The notes below the pieces were generated by a model. It was not told the DNA's origin. It worked only from the letters and a program-made list of their open reading frames with translations, and made no database searches. A stretch of DNA of 64,000 nucleotides, from positions 11,969 to 75,968 of the forward strand of contig JAIPHX010000003.1 in NCBI GenBank assembly GCA_021734995.1. Reading direction: 5' to 3'. The DNA comes from Minisyncoccota bacterium. GTDB lineage: Bacteria > Patescibacteriota > Minisyncoccia > Phycocordibacterales > UBA9973. Below are positions 1 to 9,121 of the stretch, one piece after another. The first letter of the stretch is position 1; each line of letters opens with the position of its first letter. The position numbers and the translations under genes are program-made.

Positions 1-618
1 TCCAACTCCTACAGAAAGATTTTTTGCATGTAAATCTTTTTTTAGAAATGATATGATCTCTGCTCCAGCTTGAATATTTTCTTTGACAGTAGGGAAGTCA
101 GGTACAAGCATATATTCTTGTATATCTAAGCCACTATCCGCGTGCTTTCCTCCGTTGATAACATTTAGCATCAATGTCGGCATCTTTTTAAGATCAGAAT
201 TATTTTCAGCAAGCTCAGCAATATGTTCAAAAAGTTCTTTTCCTTTGGCTATCGCTTCTGCTTTAGCAAAGGCCATCGATACGCCGAGAATAGCATTTCC
301 TCCAAGGCGGGATTTATTGGTAGTACCATCTAGAGCAATGAGAGTGTCGTCTAGGCTTTTTTGATTAAATTTTTTTCCTATAATTGTATCCTTTATTTCT
401 TTTTGTGTATTTTGGATTGCTTTTAAAACCCCTTTTCCTCCATAGCGTAGAGGGTCATTGTCTCTGAGCTCTACTACTTCATTGATACCTGTACTAGCTC
501 CTGAAGGAACCGAAAAAACACCCAGTGCTCCATTTTGAAGCTCACAGGTCACTTCTAAAGTAGGATTACCTCGTGAGTCCAAAATTTCTAAAGCATTGAT
601 GTTTTTGATTATTTGCAT
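1..618 (-). CDS. eno: Enolase (phosphopyruvate hydratase), 5' portion; gene continues beyond window start
   Basis: Minus-strand translation from the ATG at 616-618 gives MQIIKNINALEILDSRGNPTLEVTCELQNGALGVFSVPSGASTGINE. This matches the conserved enolase N-terminus (ILDSRGNPTVEV...VPSGASTG). The listed + ORF 83..364 is antisense to it. Confidence 0.85.
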   Translation of the reverse strand, partial: MQIIKNINALEILDSRGNPTLEVTCELQNGALGVFSVPSGASTGINEVVELRDNDPLRYGGKGVLKAIQNTQKEIKDTIIGKKFNQKSLDDTLIALDGTTNKSRLGGNAILGVSMAFAKAEAIAKGKELFEHIAELAENNSDLKKMPTLMLNVINGGKHADSGLDIQEYMLVPDFPTVKENIQAGAEIISFLKKDLHAKNLSVGVG

Positions 619-628
619 TTTGTTTTTT

Positions 629-1432
629 TTATAAATTATTAAAAATTATTTTACCGCGTAGATTTTTTTCTGCTTCTACTGCGATTTTTTCCATAAACAT
701 AATTGCTTGAATAGGGTATTTACCGACGGTAGTCTCGTTGGAAAGCATCACTGCATCTGCGCCTGTCAATACAGCATTTGCAATATCAGTCACCTCTGCT
801 CTAGTAGGTCTTGGATTACTAATCATAGAGGTAAGCATTTCAGTAGCTACGATCACAGGCTTGCCCGCCTTTTTACATTCTTTAATAATCTTGTATTGGG
901 CAAAAGGAACTTTTTCCATTGGAATTTCATCTCCAAGATCACCTCTGGCTACCATCACTGCATCTGCTTTAGAAATTATTCTTTTCAAATTATCTATCGC
1001 TTCTTGTCTTTCTATCTTTGCAATAATTTTTTGGTTACCACCTGCATCTTTGATGACTTGTCTGCATTTGTCTATGTCTTTTGCGCTACCAACATAAGAA
1101 ACTGCAATGTATTCTATATTGTGTTTTACTCCGAATTTTATAAATTCTTCATCTTTTTTGGTAATAGCAGAGATTGCTTCCATATCTCTACCATGTCCTT
1201 CTTTCTTTGTAATCCTTGGTCCTGGAAGGTCTATCATAATCGGAATTCTTTTATTCATTTCTTTTGCGACCTTCTGTATCATCTTGATTGTCTTTTCTTT
1301 TTCTTCTAGGGTTCCCCAAGAGAAATTTAATCTAGCGACATCCATTTGATGCTCTATCATACTTTTTAAAACTTTTGGCTTATCAGAAACAGGTCCGATG
1401 GTAGCCACAATCTGTGCTTTTGAATACTTCAT
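629..1432 (-). CDS. pyk: Pyruvate kinase, minimal form (267 aa; lacks B-domain insertion and C-terminal regulatory domain)
   Basis: N-terminus IVATIGPVS...MDVARLNFSWGT and C-terminal MLSNETTVGKYP match PK motifs (TIGP, ARLNFSHG, MLSGETAKGKYP). Only about 35 aa follow the last motif. The gene overlaps gpmA by 4 nt. Confidence 0.75.
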   Translation of the reverse strand: MKYSKAQIVATIGPVSDKPKVLKSMIEHQMDVARLNFSWGTLEEKEKTIKMIQKVAKEMNKRIPIMIDLPGPRITKKEGHGRDMEAISAITKKDEEFIKFGVKHNIEYIAVSYVGSAKDIDKCRQVIKDAGGNQKIIAKIERQEAIDNLKRIISKADAVMVARGDLGDEIPMEKVPFAQYKIIKECKKAGKPVIVATEMLTSMISNPRPTRAEVTDIANAVLTGADAVMLSNETTVGKYPIQAIMFMEKIAVEAEKNLRGKIIFNNL

Positions 1433-2061
1433 GCGTTTACTTTTGATTCTATTATTCTTAATTGTTTGTCGACTTTCTTCCCATTAACGTCTATATCATA
1501 TATCATTACTGCTCCAAAAGGAAATTCTACTTCTGCCATCTTGTCATCCGTTATATCTTCAAGATATTTTAAAAGAGCACGGAGAGAATTTCCATGAGCA
1601 ACTATTAAAATATTTTTACCTTCTAATATTTTAGGTAAAACACTTTCGGTGAAAAATGGAATAACTCTTTCATATACCATTTTTAGAGATTCTCCATTTG
1701 GGATTGGGTAATCCCAAGAACGACGAAGTTTGTTGAATTCTTCTTCTCCGAGCAATTCTTTCATATCCCATTTATTTTTCCCTGTATAGTCTCCATAATC
1801 TCTTTCATCGAGGGCAGGGGAATGAATAGTCGGGACAGAATGCCATTCACATGTATTAAACATACAAGTGAGAGTTTCAATAGTGCGAACTCTAGTAGAG
1901 GTAAATGCTTCATCTACAGGAATATCTTGTATTAGAGCTCCCATCTCTCCTGCTTTTTCAAAACCATATTCAGTAAGGTGTTTGTCTACTTTACCAGTCC
2001 AAAGACCAAGTTTGTTCCATTCGGACTCATGATGTCTTGCTAGTAATAATTTTCCAAGCAT
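1429..2061 (-). CDS. gpmA: 2,3-bisphosphoglycerate-dependent phosphoglycerate mutase
   Basis: The RHHESEWN motif (histidine phosphatase RHGESxWN) is present. Length is 210 aa and the gene sits in a glycolytic context. Confidence 0.8.
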   Translation of the reverse strand: MLGKLLLARHHESEWNKLGLWTGKVDKHLTEYGFEKAGEMGALIQDIPVDEAFTSTRVRTIETLTCMFNTCEWHSVPTIHSPALDERDYGDYTGKNKWDMKELLGEEEFNKLRRSWDYPIPNGESLKMVYERVIPFFTESVLPKILEGKNILIVAHGNSLRALLKYLEDITDDKMAEVEFPFGAVMIYDIDVNGKKVDKQLRIIESKVNA

Positions 2062-2070
2062 AAAATTTAT

Positions 2071-3048
2071 TTAATTTATAATATATTTTGGGGTGCGACC
2101 TTCGAGACAGTCTATAATATTTTGAGCAGAAATTTCAGCCATTTGATTTCGGACACTTACAGAAGCAGAAGCAATATGAGGAGTAAGGATAGTATTTGGT
2201 AATTTTTTTAATCGTGAGTTTACTTTTGGTTCAAATTCAAATACATCCAATCCTGCTCCAGCAATTGTTTTTGATTCAAGAGCTTTTACTAAAGCCACTT
2301 CATCTATCACGGCTCCTCTTGCTGTGTTGATAAGATAAGCGGTAGGTTTCATTAGAGCAAAAGTTTTTTCATTCATTAAATGAGTAGTAGATGGTAAAAG
2401 AGGAACATGTAGACTAACAAAATCAGAAAGAGAAAGAAGTTTCTCAATAGAATCTACATATTCTGCTTTGTAGTTATTTTCTAAATTTTCATTTCTTTTG
2501 ATATCTGTGTAAATAATTTTTAAACCAAGAGCAGATGCCATTTGGGCAGTTTTTTCACCAATACGTCCACCACCTACTAGACCAAGAGTTTTGTTTTGTA
2601 GATCAGATCCCAAAAAAAGCATTGGTACCCAGCCTTTATATTTTCCATCTCGGATAAATCTATCTCCATCTACAATTTTTTTACCAAGAGCAAACATGAA
2701 TGCGATTACTTGTTCGGCTACCGCATCAGGGGTCAGTGGAGCAGGGGAGTTGGCTACCATAATCCCCATTTTTTTTGCTTCCTCTATGTTTATATTATCA
2801 AAACCCGTTGCATAGTTGGAAAAGATTTTCACACCTTTGCTTGCTTCACATACATCTTGATCAATTTGGTCTGTTAGCAAACTAAGCACTGCTGTGTATT
2901 CTCCTTTTTTTAATATTTTAATTAATTTTCTTTTTGAAAGATTTTCATCTTTTGGATTTACTTCTACGATATATCCTTTAGCTTTTAGCATTTGTTCGGC
3001 TATTTCAGGAATTTTTCTGGTAATATAGATTTTATGCTGATTGTTCAT
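2071..3048 (-). CDS. D-isomer-specific 2-hydroxyacid dehydrogenase (glycerate/phosphoglycerate dehydrogenase-like)
   Basis: Rossmann motif GLVGGGRIGEKTA is present. The catalytic region HVPLLPSTTHLMNEK...INTARGAVIDEVALVKAL matches the D-2-hydroxyacid dehydrogenase family. Confidence 0.7.
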   Translation of the reverse strand: MNNQHKIYITRKIPEIAEQMLKAKGYIVEVNPKDENLSKRKLIKILKKGEYTAVLSLLTDQIDQDVCEASKGVKIFSNYATGFDNINIEEAKKMGIMVANSPAPLTPDAVAEQVIAFMFALGKKIVDGDRFIRDGKYKGWVPMLFLGSDLQNKTLGLVGGGRIGEKTAQMASALGLKIIYTDIKRNENLENNYKAEYVDSIEKLLSLSDFVSLHVPLLPSTTHLMNEKTFALMKPTAYLINTARGAVIDEVALVKALESKTIAGAGLDVFEFEPKVNSRLKKLPNTILTPHIASASVSVRNQMAEISAQNIIDCLEGRTPKYIIN

Positions 3049-3088
3049 TTATTATTTCATTAATTTTTAAATATTTTATATCTCGACT

Positions 3089-4231
3089 TTATATATGTTC
3101 TACTCCAACTGCTTCTTCTATGTTTTTAAATCCATCTCTTTTTAAAAGTTTTACTAATCCTTGATTGATCTCACTGATCACTTGAGGTCCTTCAAAAATC
3201 ATTCCTGTAATCATTTGTAGAAGAGAAGAGCCAAGTCGAATTTTTCTATATGCATCTTCCGCGTTAAATATTCCACCTGAGCCGATGATAACAAAATCTT
3301 TCCCTTCTTTTTTCATTGGTAAGACTAAATTTTTGTACATATAGCTGATCATTTTGTCTGAGGAAGCGTCCACTGCTTTGCCGGACAATCCACCTTTTAT
3401 TGGGGTGTTTTTCCCTAGTTCCATTATTTTTTCCTTTCGCTTGGTTAAGTTTGTGCAGATGACGCCATCTACTTTGTGCTTTTTGATTATGGTTATGATG
3501 TTTTGCATATCTTCAAAAGACATATCAGGAGAAAGTTTTAGAAATACTGGCTTGGTAGGATTAGTGGTATCTATAACATCCAAAAGATAATCTAGATTGT
3601 GGGGGATTATGAATGGCTGACCACCAGAGGTGTTGGGACAAGAAATATTGATAGTCATATACTGACTATATGGATACATTGTTTTGAAAGCATGCAAATA
3701 ATCCAGCACTGCATTTTTTATATTTATATTTTCTTGGCAATTTGTCATTGCTACACTCATACCTATTGGAATTTCAAATTTTTGTCCTTCCAGTCTTTTG
3801 GCAATTTTGTCACATCCTTCATTTTTGAGACCATAATATACTGCTAGACTCTTTGCCTCTTTTAGTCTCCAAAGTCTTGGTTTTGGATTACCTTGGCAAG
3901 CTTTTCCTGTAATGGATCCTACTTCTGCAAAACCAAAGCCAACGAAAGGCAAAATACCAGTAAGCTTTGCGTCTTTATCAAAACCCGCAGAGAGTCCGAC
4001 TGGGTTTTCAAAATGTATATTAAATATTTTTTGTGAAAGGATTGGATTTTGATAATCAAAAAGTGCCTCGGTCATTTTTTTACCAAAAGAATATCTAGAA
4101 AGAAAAATGCCCATATCGGTCATTTTATCGTGCACTTTTTCTGGGTCTTCTAAAAAAAACATAGGCTTCAAAATATGCTTATACAACCCATGCGTTATTA
4201 TGTTTCTATATTCTACACTTTTTTCACTCAT
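3089..4231 (-). CDS. pyrD: Dihydroorotate dehydrogenase (quinone), class 2
   Basis: GFDKDAKL...GFGFAEVGSITGKACQGNPKPRLWRL matches DHODH family 2 signature motifs. Confidence 0.8.
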   Translation of the reverse strand: MSEKSVEYRNIITHGLYKHILKPMFFLEDPEKVHDKMTDMGIFLSRYSFGKKMTEALFDYQNPILSQKIFNIHFENPVGLSAGFDKDAKLTGILPFVGFGFAEVGSITGKACQGNPKPRLWRLKEAKSLAVYYGLKNEGCDKIAKRLEGQKFEIPIGMSVAMTNCQENINIKNAVLDYLHAFKTMYPYSQYMTINISCPNTSGGQPFIIPHNLDYLLDVIDTTNPTKPVFLKLSPDMSFEDMQNIITIIKKHKVDGVICTNLTKRKEKIMELGKNTPIKGGLSGKAVDASSDKMISYMYKNLVLPMKKEGKDFVIIGSGGIFNAEDAYRKIRLGSSLLQMITGMIFEGPQVISEINQGLVKLLKRDGFKNIEEAVGVEHI

Positions 4232-4243
4232 ATATTTTTAAAA

Positions 4244-4624
4244 TTAATGATGTTCGTGCTCATCTGCTTCTGCCTCGGCCTTTGTCTTGTGAATAGTTCC
4301 CTCAGGGTGATTTGATGGAGCATAGATAGTATATAGCTTCATTTTTTCGGTAGCGGATGTGTTTATAATATTGTGAGTTGTGCCAGAAGGGACAATCACT
4401 GCACTACCATCTGCTAAAGCAAACTCTTCTCCATTTAGTATTGCTTTACCATTACCTTTTTCTACTCTGATAAATTGGTCTAGATGATGTACTTCTTCAC
4501 CAATATCTTCTAGGGGAAGCAAACTCATCACTACGAGTTGCATGTTGCCTGAAGTATGTAGTACTTCACGGAAGTTATCATTTTTAATAGATTGCTCTTC
4601 TAAGTTGTTTGTATAGTATTTCAT
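4244..4624 (-). CDS. Cupin domain protein with His/Glu-rich C-terminal tail
   Basis: Size of 126 aa with a two-His beta-barrel-like core. The C-terminus EAEADEHEHH is a metal-binding-like tail. Confidence 0.5.
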   Translation of the reverse strand: MKYYTNNLEEQSIKNDNFREVLHTSGNMQLVVMSLLPLEDIGEEVHHLDQFIRVEKGNGKAILNGEEFALADGSAVIVPSGTTHNIINTSATEKMKLYTIYAPSNHPEGTIHKTKAEAEADEHEHH

Positions 4625-4649
4625 ACTTATATTATATCACTTTTTTAAT

Positions 4650-4690
4650 AAATACAAAAAAACACCCTTTTGGGGTGCTTTTTGTGTACT
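4650..4690 (-). terminator. Rho-independent terminator (hairpin caccc-N5-gggtg flanked by T/A runs; potentially bidirectional)
   Basis: The sequence aaaaaaacacccttttggggtgctttttg reads as GC stem plus U-run on the minus strand, just downstream of the small ORF. Confidence 0.5.
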
Positions 4691-4704
4691 TTAATTCGGT
4701 AGGT

Positions 4705-4824
4705 TTATTGAGCAGTAGCTTCTCCTTCAACAGGAGCTGCTGCTGTGCCCATATCTGCGCCTTCATTAGCTGGAACATCAGATGCTGGAACATCAGATGC
4801 TGGAACATTTGTGTTTTCGTCCAT
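4705..4824 (-). CDS. Candidate small acidic peptide (39 aa) with VPASD tandem repeats
   Basis: An internal Met of the 60-aa ORF gives MDENTNVPASDVPASDVPANEGADMGTAAAPVEGEATAQ. A 15-bp DNA tandem repeat (about 4768-4810) encodes the VPASD units. A hairpin terminator follows on the minus strand (4650-4690). Confidence 0.3.
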   Translation of the reverse strand: MDENTNVPASDVPASDVPANEGADMGTAAAPVEGEATAQ

Positions 4825-4966
4825 AAAAATATTTTTTAAATTAAACTGACAATAGACGACCTTTAGACACCATAACAAAATTAGCAAGATATGGCAAGCT
4901 TTTTTTGCAAATTTGCTTAAAAAATAAAGGGATTATGGAATTTTTGGTCTTTAAGTGGGGTCTAGG

Positions 4967-5878
4967 CTAGATCCAATTTCTGAGCTTAAAGAAGGTAAAT
5001 AGCCCCAAAGCTACTGCTAGCATGAAGCTAATAATTTCAAAAAAACCATTACTACTTTCGGCAAAAGGAAGATGGATTAAATTCATACCATAAATACCTG
5101 CGATAAGGTTGAGGGGGAGGAAAATAACAGAGAAAACAGTCAGGACGGAGATGATGCTGTTCATTCTGTGATTGATAAACATTTCATGAGCTTTGGATAG
5201 GGTTTTTAAAAGGTTGTGATAATCTTCCAAAGTATCTCTTTGGCTGAAGATTTTGTCGGCGATATCTCCCCAATATTCTTTCATGGAAATTCCATTAAAT
5301 GTGATATCTTTTTTTTCTAGCTCATTGAAGTGTGGAGCCGAGGTGACTAGGGAAGTGATGAAATAAATAATATTTCTTTGAAGGACGGCTGTCTCTCGGA
5401 TGATGTTTGGGGATTTGATACTTAAAATAGTGTCATCTATTCTTTGGATAGATCGAGCGATACGCATAATAGTATGATCTGACATTTCAAATATTTTTTC
5501 CAAGAAACGATACATCAGTAGCCCAGGAGTTTCTGGTAAAGAAATATCTGCGATTTCTCCTTCTTGGGATTGCTCAATAGTAAAGATGTTGGTCTTTTGG
5601 TGTGTGATAGTGATCACATCGTCTTTGGTCAAGAAAAAAGAAACTTCAAAATTGGTTGCTTTTTTTGCTGGCTCTATGCCCGTAGGAAGGGTCTCAGACA
5701 AGAAAAGGTATTTGTCTGTGATGTCCATTTTGGAGTGAGTAACTCTTTCCATGGAGTCTTCAAGGTTGGTGGGGTGAATGAAAGGGAATTCTTTTTTTAA
5801 AAATTCTATATCGTCTTGATTGGGCTCTTGGATATCAATCCATCTTCCTTCTTGTAGTTTGTGAATAGTATATGACAT
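4967..5878 (-). CDS. corA: Magnesium/cobalt transporter CorA
   Basis: The YGMNLIHLP (GMN) motif is followed by two C-terminal TM helices. Length 303 aa. Confidence 0.8.
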   Translation of the reverse strand: MSYTIHKLQEGRWIDIQEPNQDDIEFLKKEFPFIHPTNLEDSMERVTHSKMDITDKYLFLSETLPTGIEPAKKATNFEVSFFLTKDDVITITHQKTNIFTIEQSQEGEIADISLPETPGLLMYRFLEKIFEMSDHTIMRIARSIQRIDDTILSIKSPNIIRETAVLQRNIIYFITSLVTSAPHFNELEKKDITFNGISMKEYWGDIADKIFSQRDTLEDYHNLLKTLSKAHEMFINHRMNSIISVLTVFSVIFLPLNLIAGIYGMNLIHLPFAESSNGFFEIISFMLAVALGLFTFFKLRNWI

Positions 5879-5899
5879 AACGAGTTTGATTATACCATT

Positions 5900-6166
5900 T
5901 TAATTTGTTATTTCAATGGTTTTTTGTTTATTTTTTTCTCCACGTAATATTTTTATATTACTTTTTGGAACTTTAAAATACTTAGAAAGAATTTTAAAAA
6001 TTTCTTCGTTCGCTTTGTTTTTTACAGGAAGAGCTTTGACGCTGACTAAATATTCTTCAATGTCTTTGTCTTGAGGAGTACTTTTGTGGAGGTTGTTTTC
6101 TGTATCTTGCACTTTCTCTATTTTGTTTGTTTTAGCTCTAGTTTTTACTTTTATTTTTATAAGCAT
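5900..6166 (-). CDS. YggU/DUF167-like small protein
   Basis: An 88-aa lysine-rich protein with a C-terminal ILRGEKNKQK-like segment typical of DUF167. Confidence 0.4.
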   Translation of the reverse strand: MLIKIKVKTRAKTNKIEKVQDTENNLHKSTPQDKDIEEYLVSVKALPVKNKANEEIFKILSKYFKVPKSNIKILRGEKNKQKTIEITN

Positions 6167-6260
6167 AGGTCCATTGTAGCAAAAGATTGATTAAAGGGTT
6201 ATTTTGTATTAGAGTTAAAATACTTGTAGAGGCAATTATTAATATAACTGCCAAAGTCAT

Positions 6261-6332
6261 TGCGAGATCGTCTAATGGTAGGACAACGGTTTCTGGAACC
6301 GTCTATCTAGGTTCGAATCCTAGTCTCGCAGC
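6261..6332 (+). tRNA. tRNA-Gln (anticodon CUG)
   Basis: Manually folded cloverleaf. Acceptor tgcgaga/tctcgca, D-stem gtct/ggac, anticodon stem acggt/accgt with loop ttCTGga, T-arm ctagg-ttcgaat-cctag. No encoded CCA. Confidence 0.8.
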
Positions 6333-6401
6333 AGTCTAGTTTTTCGTACCTAGTGACCAAGATGGGTGTTCTGTGTTAATTTTTTAATATAATTCTAACT
6401 T

Positions 6402-9113
6402 ATGAATAAACTGGATAAAGAAATACTAACCATCGATAAGGCCATTTGTAAAAATATCGATAAATACCACGCATCAGAAAGAGGTCTTTTGGCGCAGAAT
6501 ATCCTTTCTCAGCTCAGAAATTTTATAGAACGCGTCGCTCTTAAAGAAGAAACCAACGGACAAGATATTGATTTTAATTTCGAGGATTTAAAAAGAGCTC
6601 CAAATAGACTACAGCCAAATGGGTCACTATGGTTTATTAGAAGGTTCCATAATTTTCTGCAAGGTGTTGCAGGTCACGATACTCAAACCGAAGAAAATTC
6701 TGAGCGCTTGATGTTAAAATATTATGAATATTTACTAAGAGTCAAAGCCTACCTAAAAAATACTCACGGTTTAGATGTTCTAGATAATATTGATAAATTT
6801 CCAATAAATACTGACCCTGCGTTGCAACAGTATTATGAAAAGATAGCTGAAAGAATTGAGCGTCCAACTAAAACAAGAATAATCAATTCTTATAATGGAC
6901 GCTATTACATTCAAAAGATTAAACCATTTTTTGTTAATCACGAAATATACTATGAAGTCACTTTTACAATTGCCAGTGCTCAAGTTAGTAAATTTGATAG
7001 AGTTATTGCTTTTACGAAATTGAATATCCCTGATAATTACGCTGTTAAATTTTCTTTAATTCATGACGACATAGAGGTCTTAAGCAAAAAAATGCCCATA
7101 CAAATTATCGATAAATTTGAAGTTTCTATAAGGCCTTGCGAACTCAACAATTTTGGTCGCATTTTAGGTGAGAATGTAAAGATCGAGACAAAAAATGCAG
7201 AGTATAAAAATCTAATGGGTTTTCTAACAGACACAAAGCTAAGCCTCGTTGAGCTTATTGACCTTCCAGATGATTATTATGATGCTATAAAAACACGAAT
7301 CGTTCAGGGTCTTCAGGTTGTATACTTTTTGCCAATCTTAGACAAAGTGAGGACTCTAGTTAAGAACAATGAAGTTGGCATCAACGTAGTTAGATACTTA
7401 CTCCATTGTTTAAATAATAGAATTATAAAGTTACAGAATAGTTATTATGGCGGGTATAAACTTCGCACAGACTTCAATCTAAATCTTGGATGTAAGCCGT
7501 TCGACACAATGCCCGTTAACTCATCTTTAATAGGACATAATCCCGAAATTTCAACCGTTTTTGAATGTATTGATGCAACAGATCGAGAACACGAACTATT
7601 TGGAAGACTTATAAAAAACAATACAGAGAATAAGGGAAAGCTGTACACACCTCTAACAGGTTTGATCAAGACAAAGAAAGAAATTGAATCTCTTGTTAAG
7701 ACTTATAATAGTAAGTTGTATCTCCCCAAACATAACCATCGCAAGCTGGAGAATTTTAATGATTTTATTTATATAAATGGATATGAAAAAGATACTTTAG
7801 ACATTATCAAAAAATTTAAAGAATTGACCTTAAATGGTATAAGCAACTACTCAAATTCGGTGGACTCATGGTTAAGATCATCTGCGTACAAAATTGATTG
7901 CAAGGATAAAGAAAAAATACTCAGACAGTTATTTGCTGATTCAGAGATAGCCTTGGTATATGGGGCAGCGGGAACAGGAAAATCGACATTAATAAATCAC
8001 ATATCAAACTTTTTCAACGATAATAAAAAGCTCTATTTAGCAAATACCTATCCAGCACTTGATAATTTAAAGAGAAAAGTAACCGCAGCAAATTGCAAGT
8101 TTCAGACAATCGCAAAGTTTCTATCACCTAAAAACACTGAAGTCGACTTTGATATTCTCATCATTGATGAGTGTAGTACTGTCAGCAACATACATATGGT
8201 TAATGTCTTGAGTAAGGTAAAATTCAAATCATTGATACTAGTTGGCGATGTGTTTCAAATTGAACCTATCATATTTGGAAACTGGTTTAATATCGCGCGA
8301 TATTTTATACCCAAGACTGCTGTCTCAGAATTAACCGTTCCTTATCGCACTACCAACAAAGAATTGATTGAATTCTGGAATAGGGTCAGAAACTTACAAG
8401 ACAACATTCTTGAAAGTATGACTAGAAACGATTATACCACTGTTTTGAATGAATCAATTTTTAAGAACCTTGAAGATGATGAAATTATTCTTTGTTTAAA
8501 CTATGATGGCCTGTATGGCATCAATAACTTAAACAGGTTTCTTCAGAATAGTAACGAAAACGCACCTGTTGATTGGGATATACAAACCTACAAGACTGGA
8601 GATCCAATACTTTTTAATGAAACCGAAAGATTCGCGCCACTAATATACAATAACCTTAAAGGTAGGATTGTTGACATAAATAAAGCCGAGAAGCAAATTC
8701 AATTTGATATTGAAATTGACAAGGCCATAAACGAACTACAAGCATCTGACTATGATTTTAAGTTAGTTGGAAGTGCTGAAAATGGAAACTCAATCATTAG
8801 ATTCATTGTTAATGAGCGAGGCAACACGGATGAAGATGATGATCCTTTAGATTCCGTAGTTCCATTTCAGGTTGCTTATGCTATTTCTATTCATAAAGCT
8901 CAAGGTCTAGAGTATAATTCAGTAAAGATTGTTATCTCAAGTGAGACTGAAGAAATGATAACTCATAACATTTTCTATACAGCCATAACTAGAGCCAAGG
9001 AGAAACTAAAAATATATTGGACACCTGAAGCAGAGAAAAAAGTTTTGGCTGGTTTTCAAAAACTTGATAGTACTGAAGATGTAGAGATTTTATTTTCAAG
9101 GTTAAGTCCATAG
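6402..9113 (+). CDS. SF1 RecD/Dda-like helicase (AAA_30 + UvrD_C-like) with about 500-aa unknown N-terminal region
   Basis: Walker A ALVYGAAGTGKST, Walker B LIIDECS, and C-terminal motifs VAYAISIHKAQGLEYNSVKIV and IFYTAITRAKEKL are typical of RecD/TraA-like helicases. Confidence 0.7.
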   Translation: MNKLDKEILTIDKAICKNIDKYHASERGLLAQNILSQLRNFIERVALKEETNGQDIDFNFEDLKRAPNRLQPNGSLWFIRRFHNFLQGVAGHDTQTEENSERLMLKYYEYLLRVKAYLKNTHGLDVLDNIDKFPINTDPALQQYYEKIAERIERPTKTRIINSYNGRYYIQKIKPFFVNHEIYYEVTFTIASAQVSKFDRVIAFTKLNIPDNYAVKFSLIHDDIEVLSKKMPIQIIDKFEVSIRPCELNNFGRILGENVKIETKNAEYKNLMGFLTDTKLSLVELIDLPDDYYDAIKTRIVQGLQVVYFLPILDKVRTLVKNNEVGINVVRYLLHCLNNRIIKLQNSYYGGYKLRTDFNLNLGCKPFDTMPVNSSLIGHNPEISTVFECIDATDREHELFGRLIKNNTENKGKLYTPLTGLIKTKKEIESLVKTYNSKLYLPKHNHRKLENFNDFIYINGYEKDTLDIIKKFKELTLNGISNYSNSVDSWLRSSAYKIDCKDKEKILRQLFADSEIALVYGAAGTGKSTLINHISNFFNDNKKLYLANTYPALDNLKRKVTAANCKFQTIAKFLSPKNTEVDFDILIIDECSTVSNIHMVNVLSKVKFKSLILVGDVFQIEPIIFGNWFNIARYFIPKTAVSELTVPYRTTNKELIEFWNRVRNLQDNILESMTRNDYTTVLNESIFKNLEDDEIILCLNYDGLYGINNLNRFLQNSNENAPVDWDIQTYKTGDPILFNETERFAPLIYNNLKGRIVDINKAEKQIQFDIEIDKAINELQASDYDFKLVGSAENGNSIIRFIVNERGNTDEDDDPLDSVVPFQVAYAISIHKAQGLEYNSVKIVISSETEEMITHNIFYTAITRAKEKLKIYWTPEAEKKVLAGFQKLDSTEDVEILFSRLSP

Positions 9114-9121
9114 TAACTAAT

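Noticed and set aside
83-364. 93-aa + strand ORF
   Set aside because: It lies antisense within the clearly identifiable enolase coding sequence on the minus strand. It shows a low-complexity S/F/L-rich translation typical of shadow ORFs.
707-1349. Three + strand ORFs (200, 119, 80 aa) inside the pyk locus
   Set aside because: They are antisense to the pyruvate kinase gene. The hydrophobic Cys/Phe-rich translations are characteristic of AT-rich shadow frames.
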